Assembly: GCF_009914755.1 (NCBI RefSeq)
Contig: NC_060942.1
Strand: one strand, 5' to 3'
Length of the DNA stretch: 64,000 nucleotides
DNA from: the human T2T-CHM13v2.0 reference genome, Homo sapiens
Shown here in pieces: positions 26,960 to 40,581 of this stretch. The notes under the pieces are model-generated. The model saw only the letters and a program-made list of their open reading frames with translations, did not search any database and was not told where the DNA came from. Each line of letters opens with the position of its first letter. The stretch's first letter is position 1. The translations under genes and the position numbers were made by a program.

Positions 26960-29556
26960 CTAGTAAGAATACCAGCTATTTGATGTGTCCATTACTTAAG
27001 TCTGGTAGCAACACCCAGGCCAGTTAAGCACAGATTATACATAAACATTTTAAAAGGCAGCAAACTCTGCTTAATTGTGAGAACAAAGACAATCTTTAGA
27101 GATTTCTAATCAATGCCATCTGCCTGGGAGTGCTGAGCAGTCTCTCATGGAAGTGTTACAAGACCAACGCAGCAGAGGCCAGCTTCAGAGGCCAGTAGGG
27201 AAAACACCCTTGAAGGTAATAAAGCCAACAGTTTTCATCATCGGACACTGGCATAATGCTGAGAAATTGTTCATAAACATTCAAACTGGTTTGGTCTTGC
27301 CTAAGAAGATGTTTTTAACAGAAAAGAGCTCCTTTCAGGATTTCTGAGAAGAGAAAATAAACCAAAGAACACAAGGTGGCCAGCCCCCATGGCAGAGGAG
27401 GGCTCAGGACCTCACCTGGCCCAAACAACACCCTCTCAACCTTGGAGGTGAGTATTCATTTTCTTGAGTTGGAGAATTGCATCTTAAAGGACCACACTAA
27501 GGTGTCCATTCCTGGGGAACACCAACTAGCTCATCAGAGGTGTCAGCGGCTGCCTATGGGTAGCAAGGTCCTGAGAGAATAGAGTTAAACGTGGTAGGAA
27601 GAATAAAAGGTTTGCAATTTAAATGGGAGTAAAAACATTAATCTTCCTATTTCACGGTTTGGTACTTTAGAATCACACTAATCTAAAAGGAATCGAAGGA
27701 GATCAAAAGGTAAGTCAGCTAGCCCCAAACTGCATCTGCTCAAACCAAAGGCACTGGCTTCACACAAAGAAACCGTGAAATCAGAGTCAAATTGTTCTGC
27801 TTACCTTTGCCAAATCACCTTAAGTAAATTCCTACCAATAGGGTATATGTTGTTTTTGCTACCATTCTGCTTTGTTTGGGTGTATAATTTTCTTTATAAT
27901 CATTCACTCATTGAATCTATCATTCAGTAGTATGCATATACTATGTGCTAGGTCCCAAGGATAGGAAAATAGGAGACTTTGTTATCTTGTTTGCAATTTT
28001 ACTACTTTTGATCTTTACCACTGAACAAGTTACACATGACAATCATTAAAATAGCTAAACACATGCAAATGAGTGACTTACAACTAACCACCAAACTAGA
28101 GCCAGGTTGGGAAGAACCCATACTCCTAGAACACACACTCACCCCATATTACAGATGCAGTAATTTAATATGGAGATCAGGGAAAGCTGGTATTGCAGAA
28201 TTAGTTTAACACTTGAGGGCTCGTACCTCTGAGAAAGAGCTTTTCATTTGAAGAAAGATGTTAATGGGATATGACTTTGTACGTACTGTGATTTTGTTAT
28301 AAAACTAGTATCAATGACTCAGGCAACACCTGCATCTGAAGGATTTCTGGTCTGCTAATAGGCCCATGACATGTAGTCCAGGGAGGGACACAGTTTGACT
28401 CACTACACTTAGTAATGGGAAGTCTGCATGATGAGTGAGCCAGGAAGTCCCAACTTTCTTCCCTAAGGACCCTGGTATAGCATCATCCCTTACATAAAAC
28501 CAAGCCCCATCCCCAGGCAGCTGTAGATCCCCAATCTGGGCTGGAGTATGGTAGGTGGAGCCACGTAACATTTACCTAATAGCCCTATGATCTCAGCTGA
28601 GATAAAAAAACAAACGTGTAGGAGACTGACAGGCAGGGCTGGGTAATTGTTTTCAAAATCATTTAGCATCCTGAATGCACAATCTGAAAAATCAGAACAA
28701 ACCAGTAGTTCAGCAGTGAAGGTCAGTGGGGTATGTATGGGAACCACAAATGTGTGGCTTTATTTCTGGACTATCAGTTCCATTCCAGTGGTCTATATAT
28801 TATCCTGCGCCGCATTCTTGGAACGTCTGCGGCACTGTGTAGCCACTGCCCAGCCTGACCATGGGCTCTTCCTCAGCAGAGAGCAGCAGTTTTTAGCTTT
28901 CTATCCTAATGCCTAGCACATAGTTCGCATATTTCTTCAGCATATATTCAATGAATAATCTAGTTGTTTTATTTTAAAGTATACCCCGTCACCCTCAAAT
29001 TTTATCTGGTAAAATCATTAAGTCTACATCAATATTTTTACCTTAAAAGCTAGCTCTATCTGCCTACTTATTTAGGAGAGGAATAAAGGAGGAATAAAAA
29101 TTCATTGTAGGCAATCAGTTAAAAAAACAAAAGAGGAGACTTTGAAATAACTACACGGTACCTGTGTACTGTCCCTTTATTCAAGTGGGAAATAACTGAG
29201 CTCCTCAACCAGTGGGTATTCCAGAAACTCTGGAATACCTGTTATGCAGTGAAAGAGCAAAGAACAAAGTCATTTGTTTGACCTAAGACCTTCATTCTCA
29301 ATTAACCAGAGGCAGACAACAGATTATCATCCACAGGCCTCCCACTTCTTCCTGCCTGCAGTGAAATTCTGGTCAGTTTGATCTGCCTGAGACTTCCAGC
29401 ACCGAGACAGGAGGAAAAAACAAAGTACATGAAATTAAAGTGAATTAATTTGATTTCTCTCCAATATCTCCCTTGAAAAATTGACTTGAAGAAGCAAGCA
29501 GAGATGGTTAAAGGTCCCAAGTCTCACCCTTTCTTTAATAGCTGTGGAGGTATTTT

Positions 29557-29590
<34 letters not shown>

Positions 29591-29802
29591 TATGTAGACC
29601 CAATTTTCCCTTAAGGGCAAAGGATCAAAACTTGGGTTCTCCCTTCTTTGGCCCAGATTGGTTTTTTCATAATAAGTCTAACAAAATCAACATGATTTTT
29701 GGTCAAATATTGAATCCATATTTCACAATACCAAACTGAAGCTTTTTAGGGTCTCTTATTTTTTACATTTACCATATAAAATGTTAATTTAAGAGTAATT
29801 TT

Positions 29803-29988
29803 CAGAGAGGTGATCCCCAGTGCTTAGTTCCTCAATACTGCAACCTTCCAGACGCATACAGACAGAGAGGTGATCCCCAGTGCTTAGTTCCTCAATACTG
29901 CAACCTTCCAGACGCATACAGACAGAGAGGTGATCCCCAGTGCTTAGTTCCTCAATACTGCAACCTTCCAGACGCATACAGACAGAGA
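29803..29988. repeat. Perfect 60-bp tandem repeat, 3.1 copies
   Basis: Unit cagagaggtgatccccagtgcttagttcctcaatactgcaaccttccagacgcatacaga at 29803, 29863 and 29923, followed by cagaga. Confidence 0.98.
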
Positions 29989-30269
29989 TGTGTGCCAGAG
30001 ACAGGGATGAAAACAAAATTCAGAGAACCACCTGGATGGAGATTAAGAATGCACAAAAATTAAGCTGGTACAGATTCGCAGTTTCAAAAGGCTTCCAGAG
30101 TAAAGTAATATTTGAGAATAACTACTTCAAAATCGCTTTCAATAAGACAAGGAGATCAGGGAGCATTAGAATTTTCTTTCTGGTCAAGTTCAGCAATGTA
30201 AGAAAACAGGTATGGATTTGGAAGAAGAATCAGAGGACAATTAGACTGGATCAGACCACCCAGCTGCTT

Positions 30270-30900
30270 GTTCCTGTAATGAACACAGCACAGTATGCTA
30301 ATGCTGGGGACATAATGATGAACAAAAAAGACATGGATATAAATTCCCATCCTCAAAAACCTTATAATTTAGAGAAAACACACCCAAGTAAACAGTTCTA
30401 AGACAGCTGAGAAATGCCATTAAAAAGGCCTGGATGCTACAGGACATAGAGAACTGGATGCTAGAAGACATAGAGAATGGGCACTCAACCTTGACTGGGG
30501 AGATCAGGGTTTCCTTCCAAGAGAAAGTGAAATCTGATATCCAAAGAATACAGCAAGGTGAAGAAAGAGTGTCTTTGTTTGGGTGGGGGCTGGTGATGGT
30601 AAGACAGGAGGCTCAAGAGGTCACGAGCGATCTGACCGCAAAGGGAACTCATCAATGCACATTAGGAGCAATGGAGAACGAGTTCAAGATTTTCAGGGTG
30701 AGCACAATAAAGGTAGATTGGTGTTTCAGACACACCACACTGGCTAGAGAATGGAGAATGGATTAGGGAACAGACCTGAGGTCAAAAGTAAATAAAGGAG
30801 GACCATTGAGGAATGCGTTTTGATGACCCAGCAGAAAGAAGATGAGGGGTTGAATAATTATAATATCCTAGAAATGGAGAGGAGTTTTGGAAGGCAGGGA
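30270..30900 (-). mobile_element. L2 fragment
   Basis: tgctggggacataatgatgaacaaaaaagacatgg...cttataatttag...tttcagacacaccacactggctagagaatggagaatggattag. Confidence 0.65.
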
Positions 30901-31224
30901 GGATGGGGAGCTTTAGCCCTCCCCAGTAGCTCCATTAGTTCCAGCTCCTACCATAAGGTACCCTAAAATCATCATTATCATCGTCAAAATTTCAAGTGGC
31001 TGGCTCTGCAAACGTAGACTTAGGATAAATCCTCTAGTTCCCTACTTCCCAACAGCCTACCTAGCTAAGCCCTGCCTATATGTAAATGCTGGATCCACCA
31101 CTAAAGAAGCATCAGTAAGCAGTTTCTGCAGAGATTAGAATCCATAGAATATAGCAGGATGAGGAAAACAGCATGCATGAGGGTGCTTGGGCATCTGGTG
31201 GATGGTATGTTCGATCCCTGTGGT

Positions 31225-31468
31225 TAGGGAATGCAGCTGCAGTCGTTTGTCATTCTCTCTCCCAAGTTTTTCTGATTCTCCTCTTTCCAGGCACATAGTA
31301 GGATCACACTTCCTTATCAGCCTGGGTCCCTCCATTATTCCTATGAGTAAAAGCTTCTTGCCAAACAACAGTGCACACATAGCTCATGCAAGAAGTGAAT
31401 TTGCTCTTTGAAGCCTCAGAGATTTGAGCGTTGCTACAGCAGCGTAACCTAACCTACGCTAATCAACT
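31225..31468 (+). mobile_element. MLT1 (I/J-like) LTR remnant, internally deleted
   Basis: ctcctctttccaggcacatagtaggatcacacttcc and 3' aagcctcagagatttg...tgctacagcagcgtaacctaaccta. Confidence 0.65.
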
Positions 31469-31614
31469 GAGCTGGAGAGGACCACAAATCTACTATGTAG
31501 AGAAAAGAGAAAGCCAGTTATGTTTGTGCCAAATTTGAAGTACCTAGAAAAAAGGAAAGGGTAGGATAGCAAGGTTAAAGAGAAGGTGACAGTGCAGAAA
31601 ATGGAAAGACTTTT

Positions 31615-31960
31615 CTCTCATTTACACACTCATGGAGCATCTCCTCTGTGACTAGGCCAGGAAACTGTGCACACTGTCCATTGGTCTTCGCCTATTATAG
31701 AGACACAGTAAAACCTAGAGGGTAAGAGTCTATCTCCTACAGTCACACTACTTGGGCTCAACTGACTCCACAATGAATTAGCTGGGTAACTTTGGGTAAG
31801 TAACTTAACTTTTCTGAGCCTTGGCTTAGTTAAGTGGTGATATTAATCATATCAGCAAAATGGGGATAGTTAACATTCCTTTCTCACCAGCTTATGAGGA
31901 TTTAGTAAGAAAATTCACATAATTTATACAGGATCTGGCATATCTTAAGTACTCAGACAT
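31615..31960. mobile_element. MIR fragments
   Basis: MIR core gctgggtaactttgggtaagtaacttaacttttctgagccttg...aaaatggggata...tgaggattta. Confidence 0.65.
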
Positions 31961-34900
31961 TAGCCCCTACTTATTTATATTTCAGATTACAAAACCCAGG
32001 ATATACAGAATATTGTCTCTTATAGTCATTATGGCTCATCCAGGACAGAAAATCAAGATAATTTTAATGTATGTCCTACCAGAAATCTGATGATAAAATA
32101 TGATATAGCAAAGCTAAAGCTGCATTCTAAAACTTGAAGTCCATGTCAATTAAAAAAGTAATAATGACTTTGGTCATGTTACTACAGAGGCCAAAGCATA
32201 ATTATAAGGTTACAAAAGTGGAAGAAAATGAGGATTTTCCCCAGTATGTCTTGTGTATTAAATTACAACTGTGAACAGCAACATAGCTGACATCAACCCT
32301 TATGCAGTGATTACTTCAGTATGAAACACTTGTTCCTCCTTCCTGCCCTAACTTAATTGAAACAGAACACTAGAGCAGCTGTTAATATAGCATAGTCCTC
32401 ACCACTGATTATAGTGCAAAGTTCATCTTCCCTTCACAGGATAAAGCAATGCAAAACGTTAAGTTCATATATGTTTTTATATGTGATGCCAATCACAAAT
32501 GGCACAAAATGTTCTCCAACATTTTATATGTAATTTAAAACCATAACCAAAATAAGACATCACATTGCATAAGTGGTAAAAATACAGGTTATATGACTGG
32601 ATTGCTCTTGGAATATACTTTCTTCCTCTATTTGTACATAAATATTATAATCCACCAGCAAATAATTATTTCCAAAGTAGTTTTCTCCTTTTTACAAGTC
32701 CACAAACACCACCTTACGCACATTGGATACTAAATGTGTGTATCTGCTTTATTTTTATCAAGAAATGTCAAAACATTAATGAAAGTTACAGAGAAACAAT
32801 ATATTTTCAAATGAACCTCTTATGAAAAATGCTAAGTCTCAGAAATGTATTCACTTAGAGGAATCATTATCGCTTCCTTGGTATTACTTGGATGCTGGAG
32901 GTTTAAAAAAAATAGACGAAATGTTTCTCACTCCATATGTTTCTGACAAGAAGGTGGGATTTCCTTGGCCCTAGAATCCATTAGTGCTGACAGGGTACAG
33001 CTGCACCCATAATATTCTCTTTTTCCAAATTACAGGTATATAATGTTTATTTCCCAAGCTATCTTTAAATCAACATATGCTGAATAGTCAAATATTTTTA
33101 AAACACAATTCTGACCTATAAAATAAATGTGTGTTCTCCCTTGCAGAGCTTTTTGAGCCAACACTGTATCAGTGACTGGCCATCTATCTATTATTACTAA
33201 CAGTAAGTGGGGTGCTTTTCACAAGTGTCTAAAACCAACATATGCTGGAGAGGACATTTTATTTTTATTCTATATGCACTTTGGCTCCTTGGTGCCCACA
33301 GCAAACAGCTGTCACTTACCGCAAGCCTTTCCTAACACTTTCTGTAATTCCTAAGGGGCTTCCCAGTCTATAATTAGACTCTCCAGCTGCCACCATGTAC
33401 ACTGCGGGGTGCTACTGAGAGTTTTTTTGCTTTGTAGCATTCCCTAAAAAGTCTTCTTCAAGATGGTGTTGCTGAAATAACATTGTTTGGTATTCAGCTT
33501 GGGTAGCAAATATGAATTCTTCAACCATTTGCTATGAACAAGTCTGTTCCACAAGTAAGGTTTGCTTTGAAATGAACTCTGCATCAGTCATATGGGAAAG
33601 GAATTGAGTCTAAGCATAAAAAACAGGGAAGTAGAAAGCAATACTAGAAACTTCCTGATTCAGAATTGCAGAGAACATCAGTATTGAACCAGTTACAACA
33701 ACTCTCTTGGTCTTTTACATAATTCTTCCCAGGCACCATCACCAGGATTAACTGAAATAGCACAGCAAAAAGGAAGTAAGAAAGAACAGGCAAAAATCTC
33801 CCCCTCCTGTCTCAAAATCCTTAAGGTCAACAATGCCAGAAAAGATAGCGTGAAAGTGAAACACAGTTGTAAGTCAAAAAATAAGAGGAAGCAGCAAGCT
33901 TTAAATTGGAGTAACTCTTTAAAACAAAATGAAGTCTGATTTTTAGAAAATGAAAACATTTTCAAAACACAGAGCACTATCCACCACCCCTCTCATTCCA
34001 GCCTAGGTGTTCACAGGAAGCAAATGCACAGAAATAGGTTTTTCTCAATAGAGGAGGACCTGCTGCAATGGGAGAGGGAAGCCTGTGCACACAGATCCTC
34101 CTCACTCAACCTCAGGAAGTCATCATTTCCCTGACTATAAAAGCTGCTAATATAATGAACCAAACGCAAGTAAGTGCCCATAGAAAGTTAGACATGCTAA
34201 CAGCTGATAGCCGATGTGGAGTCCTTAGGGTAGAAAGATAGTTTTACCAACAAAAGCCCAGGTGCTGCAGATGCCCTTGATCCAAGCACCACATCCAGAG
34301 CCCCAAGTCCAGGGGCAGATACTCCCGAAACTCACACCTCATTTCCACTACGGATGTGCTCCTCCTGGGTGGTTGACACCTGGCCATTACTAGGAACTTT
34401 CCAAGGGCTCATCTAATTGGCAGGATTTAAAAATGCCCAGCTTAGACAAAAGCAAGGGGACGCTCATTATTTATCTCGATTATAGGGATTCTTGTTCTCC
34501 TTACGTGCTATTTCCCAGTGAGAGGATTTCTTAACCCAGAAACCAAATGGTTAAGGAGAGAGTAATACTCATACTGGTTCCTGACATTATCAGTTGTTCT
34601 CCAAGTGAATTTCCCAGTAAGCTGAAGTCTGTTCCTTCCAGTAGAAAAAGGGGCTTTAAAACCATCTTTAATGGACAGTGTTTGTAACACTATCACGTCC
34701 GCTGAAGGCAAAAATGTTAACCACTGTGAACTTCCAGCATTTCCTTTTTCCACAGCCACAGCTATATGACTGTCGTGGATATCAGCTGGTATGAATACAG
34801 GGAATGTAAATTCATTGCAGGATTGGCCTAAGCAAAATAATTAACAAGACAGACTTGGTTTTTTTAACCCAGCAGTTAAAATATATACATTTAGCCCACT

Positions 34901-35600
34901 ATATATTTGTATTAGCAGAGATCACTAACAGTTGATAACTGCACACAAAATCTGCTGATCAGAACAGTTAAAACCAGAGTATGGAAAGGCCTCAATTTGC
35001 CAGTTAATTATATTCCAAAACATTACTTGTAAAATGGTTGCATGCCAAAAATTCCATTTTCCACAGAAATTGTATTATAAATCACAGTTAAGTTTCAAAG
35101 ATTGTCTATAAAGTCTTAAGCCAGATTGCAAGTCAACAATATCTTAGTCGAGTCTCACAGATGCATGTGAATGTTCTTCCTAAACCCAGCAGGGATTAGC
35201 TGTCAGGGAGGAGGACTAGGTGCTGCTCTGAGGGCAGAGCAACATCGTCTTGTCGGTTCTGTTCATGCGTCTATCACTGAACGTTTCAAGCAGTCTCTGG
35301 CACATAGGAGGCACTCAATATTTGTCAATGGATGAATGAACAAATCAGAGGATGCAGCAACCGCAAACCTGAGAGTCTGACAGGGTGAGGGATCAGAAGG
35401 GTCCCATTAAAGTTAATTCTGATTGTTAGACTGAAAAGGTCTCCCGCTTACGTTCCTGGAGCCCGCCCCAGGACACCTCCACAGAAGAAACAATGTCAAG
35501 TTTTCTGGGTATCTCCCCAGAAATGTTCTAATCATATTCCAGCACAAATATGTATACAACCCCTCCCCTTAAAAAATAAATAAAAAGGACATTTATTATG

Positions 35601-35896
35601 TTTTTTTCTTTTTGAGATGGAGTCTCACTCTGTTACCCAGGCTGGAATGCAGTGGCATGATCTTGGCTCACGGCAACCTCTGCCTTCCAGGTTCAAGCGA
35701 TTCTCCACCTCAGCTTTCCAAGTAGCTGGGACTACAGGCATGAACCAGTGCACCTGGCTAACCTTTTTGTATTTATAGTAGAGACAGGGTTTCACCACGT
35801 TGGCCAGGCTAGTCTCGAACTCCTGACCTCAAGCAATCTTCCTCCCTCGACCTCCCAAAGTGTTGAGATTATAGGTGTGAGCCACTGCACCTGGCC
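35601..35896 (-). mobile_element. Alu (S/J-like)
   Basis: Antisense dimeric Alu consensus. Confidence 0.93.
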
Positions 35897-35999
35897 AGGA
35901 AGCATCTTATCCACAGAGTTCCACTTGATGTTTTCCCATCAGCAGCATGTGGCCGGGTCATCCCTCCCTCCCCGCCACCACCAGACGCTTTTCTCCCTT

Positions 36000-36815
36000 A
36001 GGATTCCAGCACCAGCTCCTGGCTTTCCTCCTCCCCCACTGACCACCACTCTGGTCTGTGGACACTGGAGGACCACAGGGCTGGGTCCTTGGAACTCTTC
36101 TATACCTATGCTCAGTCTTTGAAGAGCTTAACTGGCGTCCTGGCTCTAGATATTGTCACCAGCATCCCTTAGCTAGATGACATAATGGGCTCCTAAGGGG
36201 TCTCCCTGCTCCGTCTCCTCTCTCCATCCCCACAAGGTCTATTTATTCCTTACTCATCCTATAGAGCTCCTCTCTTAATTTAAGGTCAGGTCAGGGGATG
36301 CACACATCAGGCCCCCTCAGGGAGACCATGGCCTTTCAAGGGTCCACACGGCCCTGCCACCCATGGCCCCGTTTCTTCTGGATCCTCGCCACCTCCAACC
36401 CTCCCTCTCTCTGCTCCAACCACACTGGCTTCCCTGCCACTCCCACCCTAGAGCCTCGCACTGTAATATTCTTCCTCAGACCGCCACCCACCTCCCACCC
36501 CGTGTACTCCCTCACACGCCCTTCAGGACAGTGTTCAAATGCACCTCTCTCCAAAGCTTGCCCTAACTACTCCCTAAAATCCTCTCACCCTTCCTGATCC
36601 TTGCCCCACTTCATTCTGCCCCATAACTCCTGTCTGATCTCCTCTGTGCTGTATTCACGTCTTGATTATTTTCTGTTTCTCGCCTGTGCAATAGAAGCTC
36701 CAGAACAGCAGGGGTTTGTATCTGCTTGCTTCTCTTCCATCTTCAGTCCTAGAAGAATGCCTGGGACTTAACCACAGGCAATCAGAAAGTCTTTGTTGAA
36801 TAAACAAATGAAAGA
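36000..36815 (+). mobile_element. L2 3' fragment
   Basis: ctctgctccaaccacactggcttcc; end agaagctccagaacagcaggggtttg...tgcctgggactt...tttgttgaataaacaaatgaa. Confidence 0.7.
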
Positions 36816-39699
36816 ATAATGTATTTTATACTATTTCTTAACAGTTTACTAGATGGCTAAAATGACCTCCTTGTATTCAGCACAGGACTGGGTGTCCACC
36901 GTGGGATGTAGAGATTGGTGAGGTCAGTCCCCTCCTGACAGGCACACAGGGCCCCCAGACTCTCGCTGCTTAAGAATGGGACCGCAATGAACATCCTTTT
37001 ACATGGACAAGTATTTGCAGATAAAAAGGAGTACGCAAATTAAAAGATTTGGGCTTTTTCTTTTGATACAAATCTCTCAAACGTAACAGGAGTAAACAGG
37101 AGCTCACTAAAAAGTGTCTGAATCCGTCTGTTTGGCAAATTAACAGTCAATCTGCTCGGCAAAGACGTCATCTCAGATCGTGTGTCAAGTGACATCCCAG
37201 GGTGAATTATTATGATGAAATTACAGGACTGATAAGACAGAAAAACTGCAGGGAAAATGACTCATCCTAAGCTTTCAGGAGAAGAAAACGACGAGTGAAA
37301 CAACAACAAATCTTCAATAGCTGTTTTTTGTGAAGGCGTGCATCACACTTGTAGCAAAAACTGTCCTTGTTGCCGGGTACTGCATGTGTCCCTGTTCATG
37401 GGTACAGAGAAGACGCCCCTGCGTGTGCTCAGGAAGGCTGTCAAACTGCTAATCTTACAGGAGAGTATGGGAAACCCATCGCGACTATACTCCTTGTCCT
37501 TCAGTGCTGTCCCTCTACACATCTTGGACCTCAGTTACTCCCCAGTCTATCCGGATTGCTTCCTATTTTTCTCCTTGTCCAAAATTCTCAAAGAAAATAG
37601 TCACTCAGTTATCACCAAGACCCAAGAATCACTCTACCACAACCAGTCAAGTGCCAAAGATCTGTTTAGAGCAGAAGTTGGTGCCTTTCAAACTGCTGAA
37701 CTCCTTTTTCAAAAGAGGATGCAAATCCATTGGCTGTGTACCCCAGCCCAGGAGTCCCTAAGGGGCACTGCAGAGCTACATGTGGAGGGATGCCTCTTCT
37801 GGCATTTTCTCACCGAGTGACTACAGAGCCTCTGCCAGAGGGGACCGGGACAAATCTTGCTTTCAACCGCTACATAATCACTGATCCACCCAGCGTGCAG
37901 GACAGTCTTTGTTTTTCCTTAGAAAGGATATATTTCTCTTTCCTACATTTGCGGATTTAGCTGAGTAGTTACTGATAACTTTTCCTCTAGTAGTTATCCC
38001 ACAGATTTACACTGTTCAGTTTTCAAGGAAATCACTAGAATGACGAATATCCTTATCTGCACAGCACTGTACAAATGTTGGCTAGGACAACTCAAACCTA
38101 AAATGTCTGCAGGCATTAAAGCAGCAACTGATTCTCAGGAATGGAACTGTTTTGCTTTTTGACGCAACCCAAGGAGCTTGTCCATGGTTCTCTGCTACAC
38201 TTCCAGGGACTTCGTAATAAAAGCAATATACAGTAATCGACAACAATTTCGAGTTTCAAAGATGTCAAATGAGAGATGCCCCAAAAAGAAATATGCTTCA
38301 AATCAAGGAGAAAATAATCAAGGCCAAATAAACTAGGTCACCAGATTTATTTCTGAGCTGTATAAGTTGGACACGTTTCTGAGTCATAGTGTATTAATCT
38401 AGAAGAGACAATCAAGCTGCCTGCTTCATTTTAGAGAAGGGACCAGAGCTAGGGTAGTTAAGCACCTCCCCTGTGATTTAAAATGTTCTGGCTAGAAAAT
38501 AACAAAGTATAATAATATATTTTCCATATGAGGATCTAATAATAAAACAAGTAGCAAAACCTTGAACCAGCTTTTCACTATGTTACACAGAGTAACACTC
38601 TTAGTAACAATCTATTATTTGGGAGAACACAAATAGAAAATGCTGCACTAATTAATTTTGGTCTTTTTCCTTCCAAGTTGTATCACCCATGCTCGCCTCC
38701 CCTACTTTCCCAAAATAAAAAAAAAAAAAAAAAGGATGAGGCTAGGGCTTCTATTCAGGACTTACAAAAGGCAGACAATGAAAACAAAACATAAAAATAA
38801 AAAGGGGCAACCACAAAAAAATTAAAACATGTCATAAACTCCTGCTATCATGAGGGGATCATTAAATCAGCAGAACAGAGGCACTGCCAGGGAGACCTCA
38901 ACTCCCACCCGCAAGGCCCATGGCCTTAGGCAGGCCTCTGGTCACCCTGAACTTCCATTTTATTACTTGTAAATGGAAGCACTGAATAAGATAACTTCCA
39001 AAGGGCCTTTCAGTTTTAATACAAGAAACCTTTAAGAATGCATAATTTGCCTTCTGAGTAAATATTTGCCAAAACATAAACTCAGTATAGGTGGCATAAA
39101 AAACAAACGCAGAAAGAGATGTGCTCCATAACCCACACACCACTCCTTAGGCAGAAGATAAAATATTATGAATAATTATCAATATTAACTGAAATCCTTG
39201 TCCCTGGTCAAAACAATGCATAAAATGGTTCCTAAATGCTTCAGGATTTTAACTACACAGAGAACCATCTGTAAGCCACAGTCCCATTTTATTATTCAAA
39301 CAGAAGCATTTTCAATAACTAGTCTGGTATAGAAACTACATGACAATGATTTGCTTTGTAAGCATTTTATCTACATTGTTAGCTAACTCTGAATATACGT
39401 CATTAAGGCACTCACCTGAGCACACACAAAAAAAGGATCCTATCTAGGATTCACTTCAGTTTTTCTTGGGTGAATGGCGCATGCCTAGTAATGTCCACTG
39501 GAAGATTACAGTTCAGGTCCAGAGTAGGCTAACATTCAGCTCATCAAGTTAACCCCCAACATTATCTAGCTTAGTACCAAATGCCAGGAATTTGTCAGGG
39601 TCACGTGTGTCACTGATACTCAATCATTTATTAAAGAAACAGCACCACGATGAGCATGGCTGGCTAAACAGTGAGGATATCATAAGAAATGCTTGAAAT

Positions 39700-40030
39700 T
39701 TAGAATGAGTACAGTATTTGTATTGACAAAATGGCTTTGGAATGAGACAGTCTCAGGTTCAAATTCCAACCTGCATTTACTCTCCATATGTTGTTGGACA
39801 AATCATTTAACTCCTCAAACTTTAGTTCCCTCCTCTATAAACTGAGGAGACAATATCTACCTAACACAGATGTTACAGGCTTAGAGATAACAAAAGATCC
39901 CACTAGAATATAAGTTCTACATGGGCAGGGATTTTCTGGGATTTTTGCTCACTGCTAGATAGAAAAGTGCCTGGCATATAATAGGTGTTCAAGAAACATT
40001 TGATGAATAAGTGAATAAATGTAAAATGAC
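39700..40030 (+). mobile_element. MIR plus L2 3' end
   Basis: ggttcaaattccaac...ttggacaaatcatttaactcc (MIR); cactagaatataagttctacatgggcaggga...gtgcctggcatataataggtgttcaagaaacatttgatgaat (L2). Confidence 0.7.
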
Positions 40031-40248
40031 TAACTCAGTGGGCACTTGAAATATTATTGAAATTCACTTGGTCATAAAATATTGATAATCTCGACACTAG
40101 CCATAATAAAAACCTTAATTATACAGTTAAAATTTTAACTTGTAGCAATAATGCAATTAAAAACTATCAACACACCTCAAAACGATGTTTACAACAAGCA
40201 AAAGGGTTATCTTTAGAACAGACATGTATTTTCTTCCAATGCCAAATC

Positions 40249-40581
<333 letters not shown>

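Noticed and set aside
29803-29988. CRISPR-like array
   Set aside because: Head-to-tail identical units with no spacers, no cas genes, and a eukaryotic context.
37338-37820. 160-aa ORF in unique sequence
   Set aside because: Non-ATG start, antisense to the host gene, no recognisable homology or coding-like composition.
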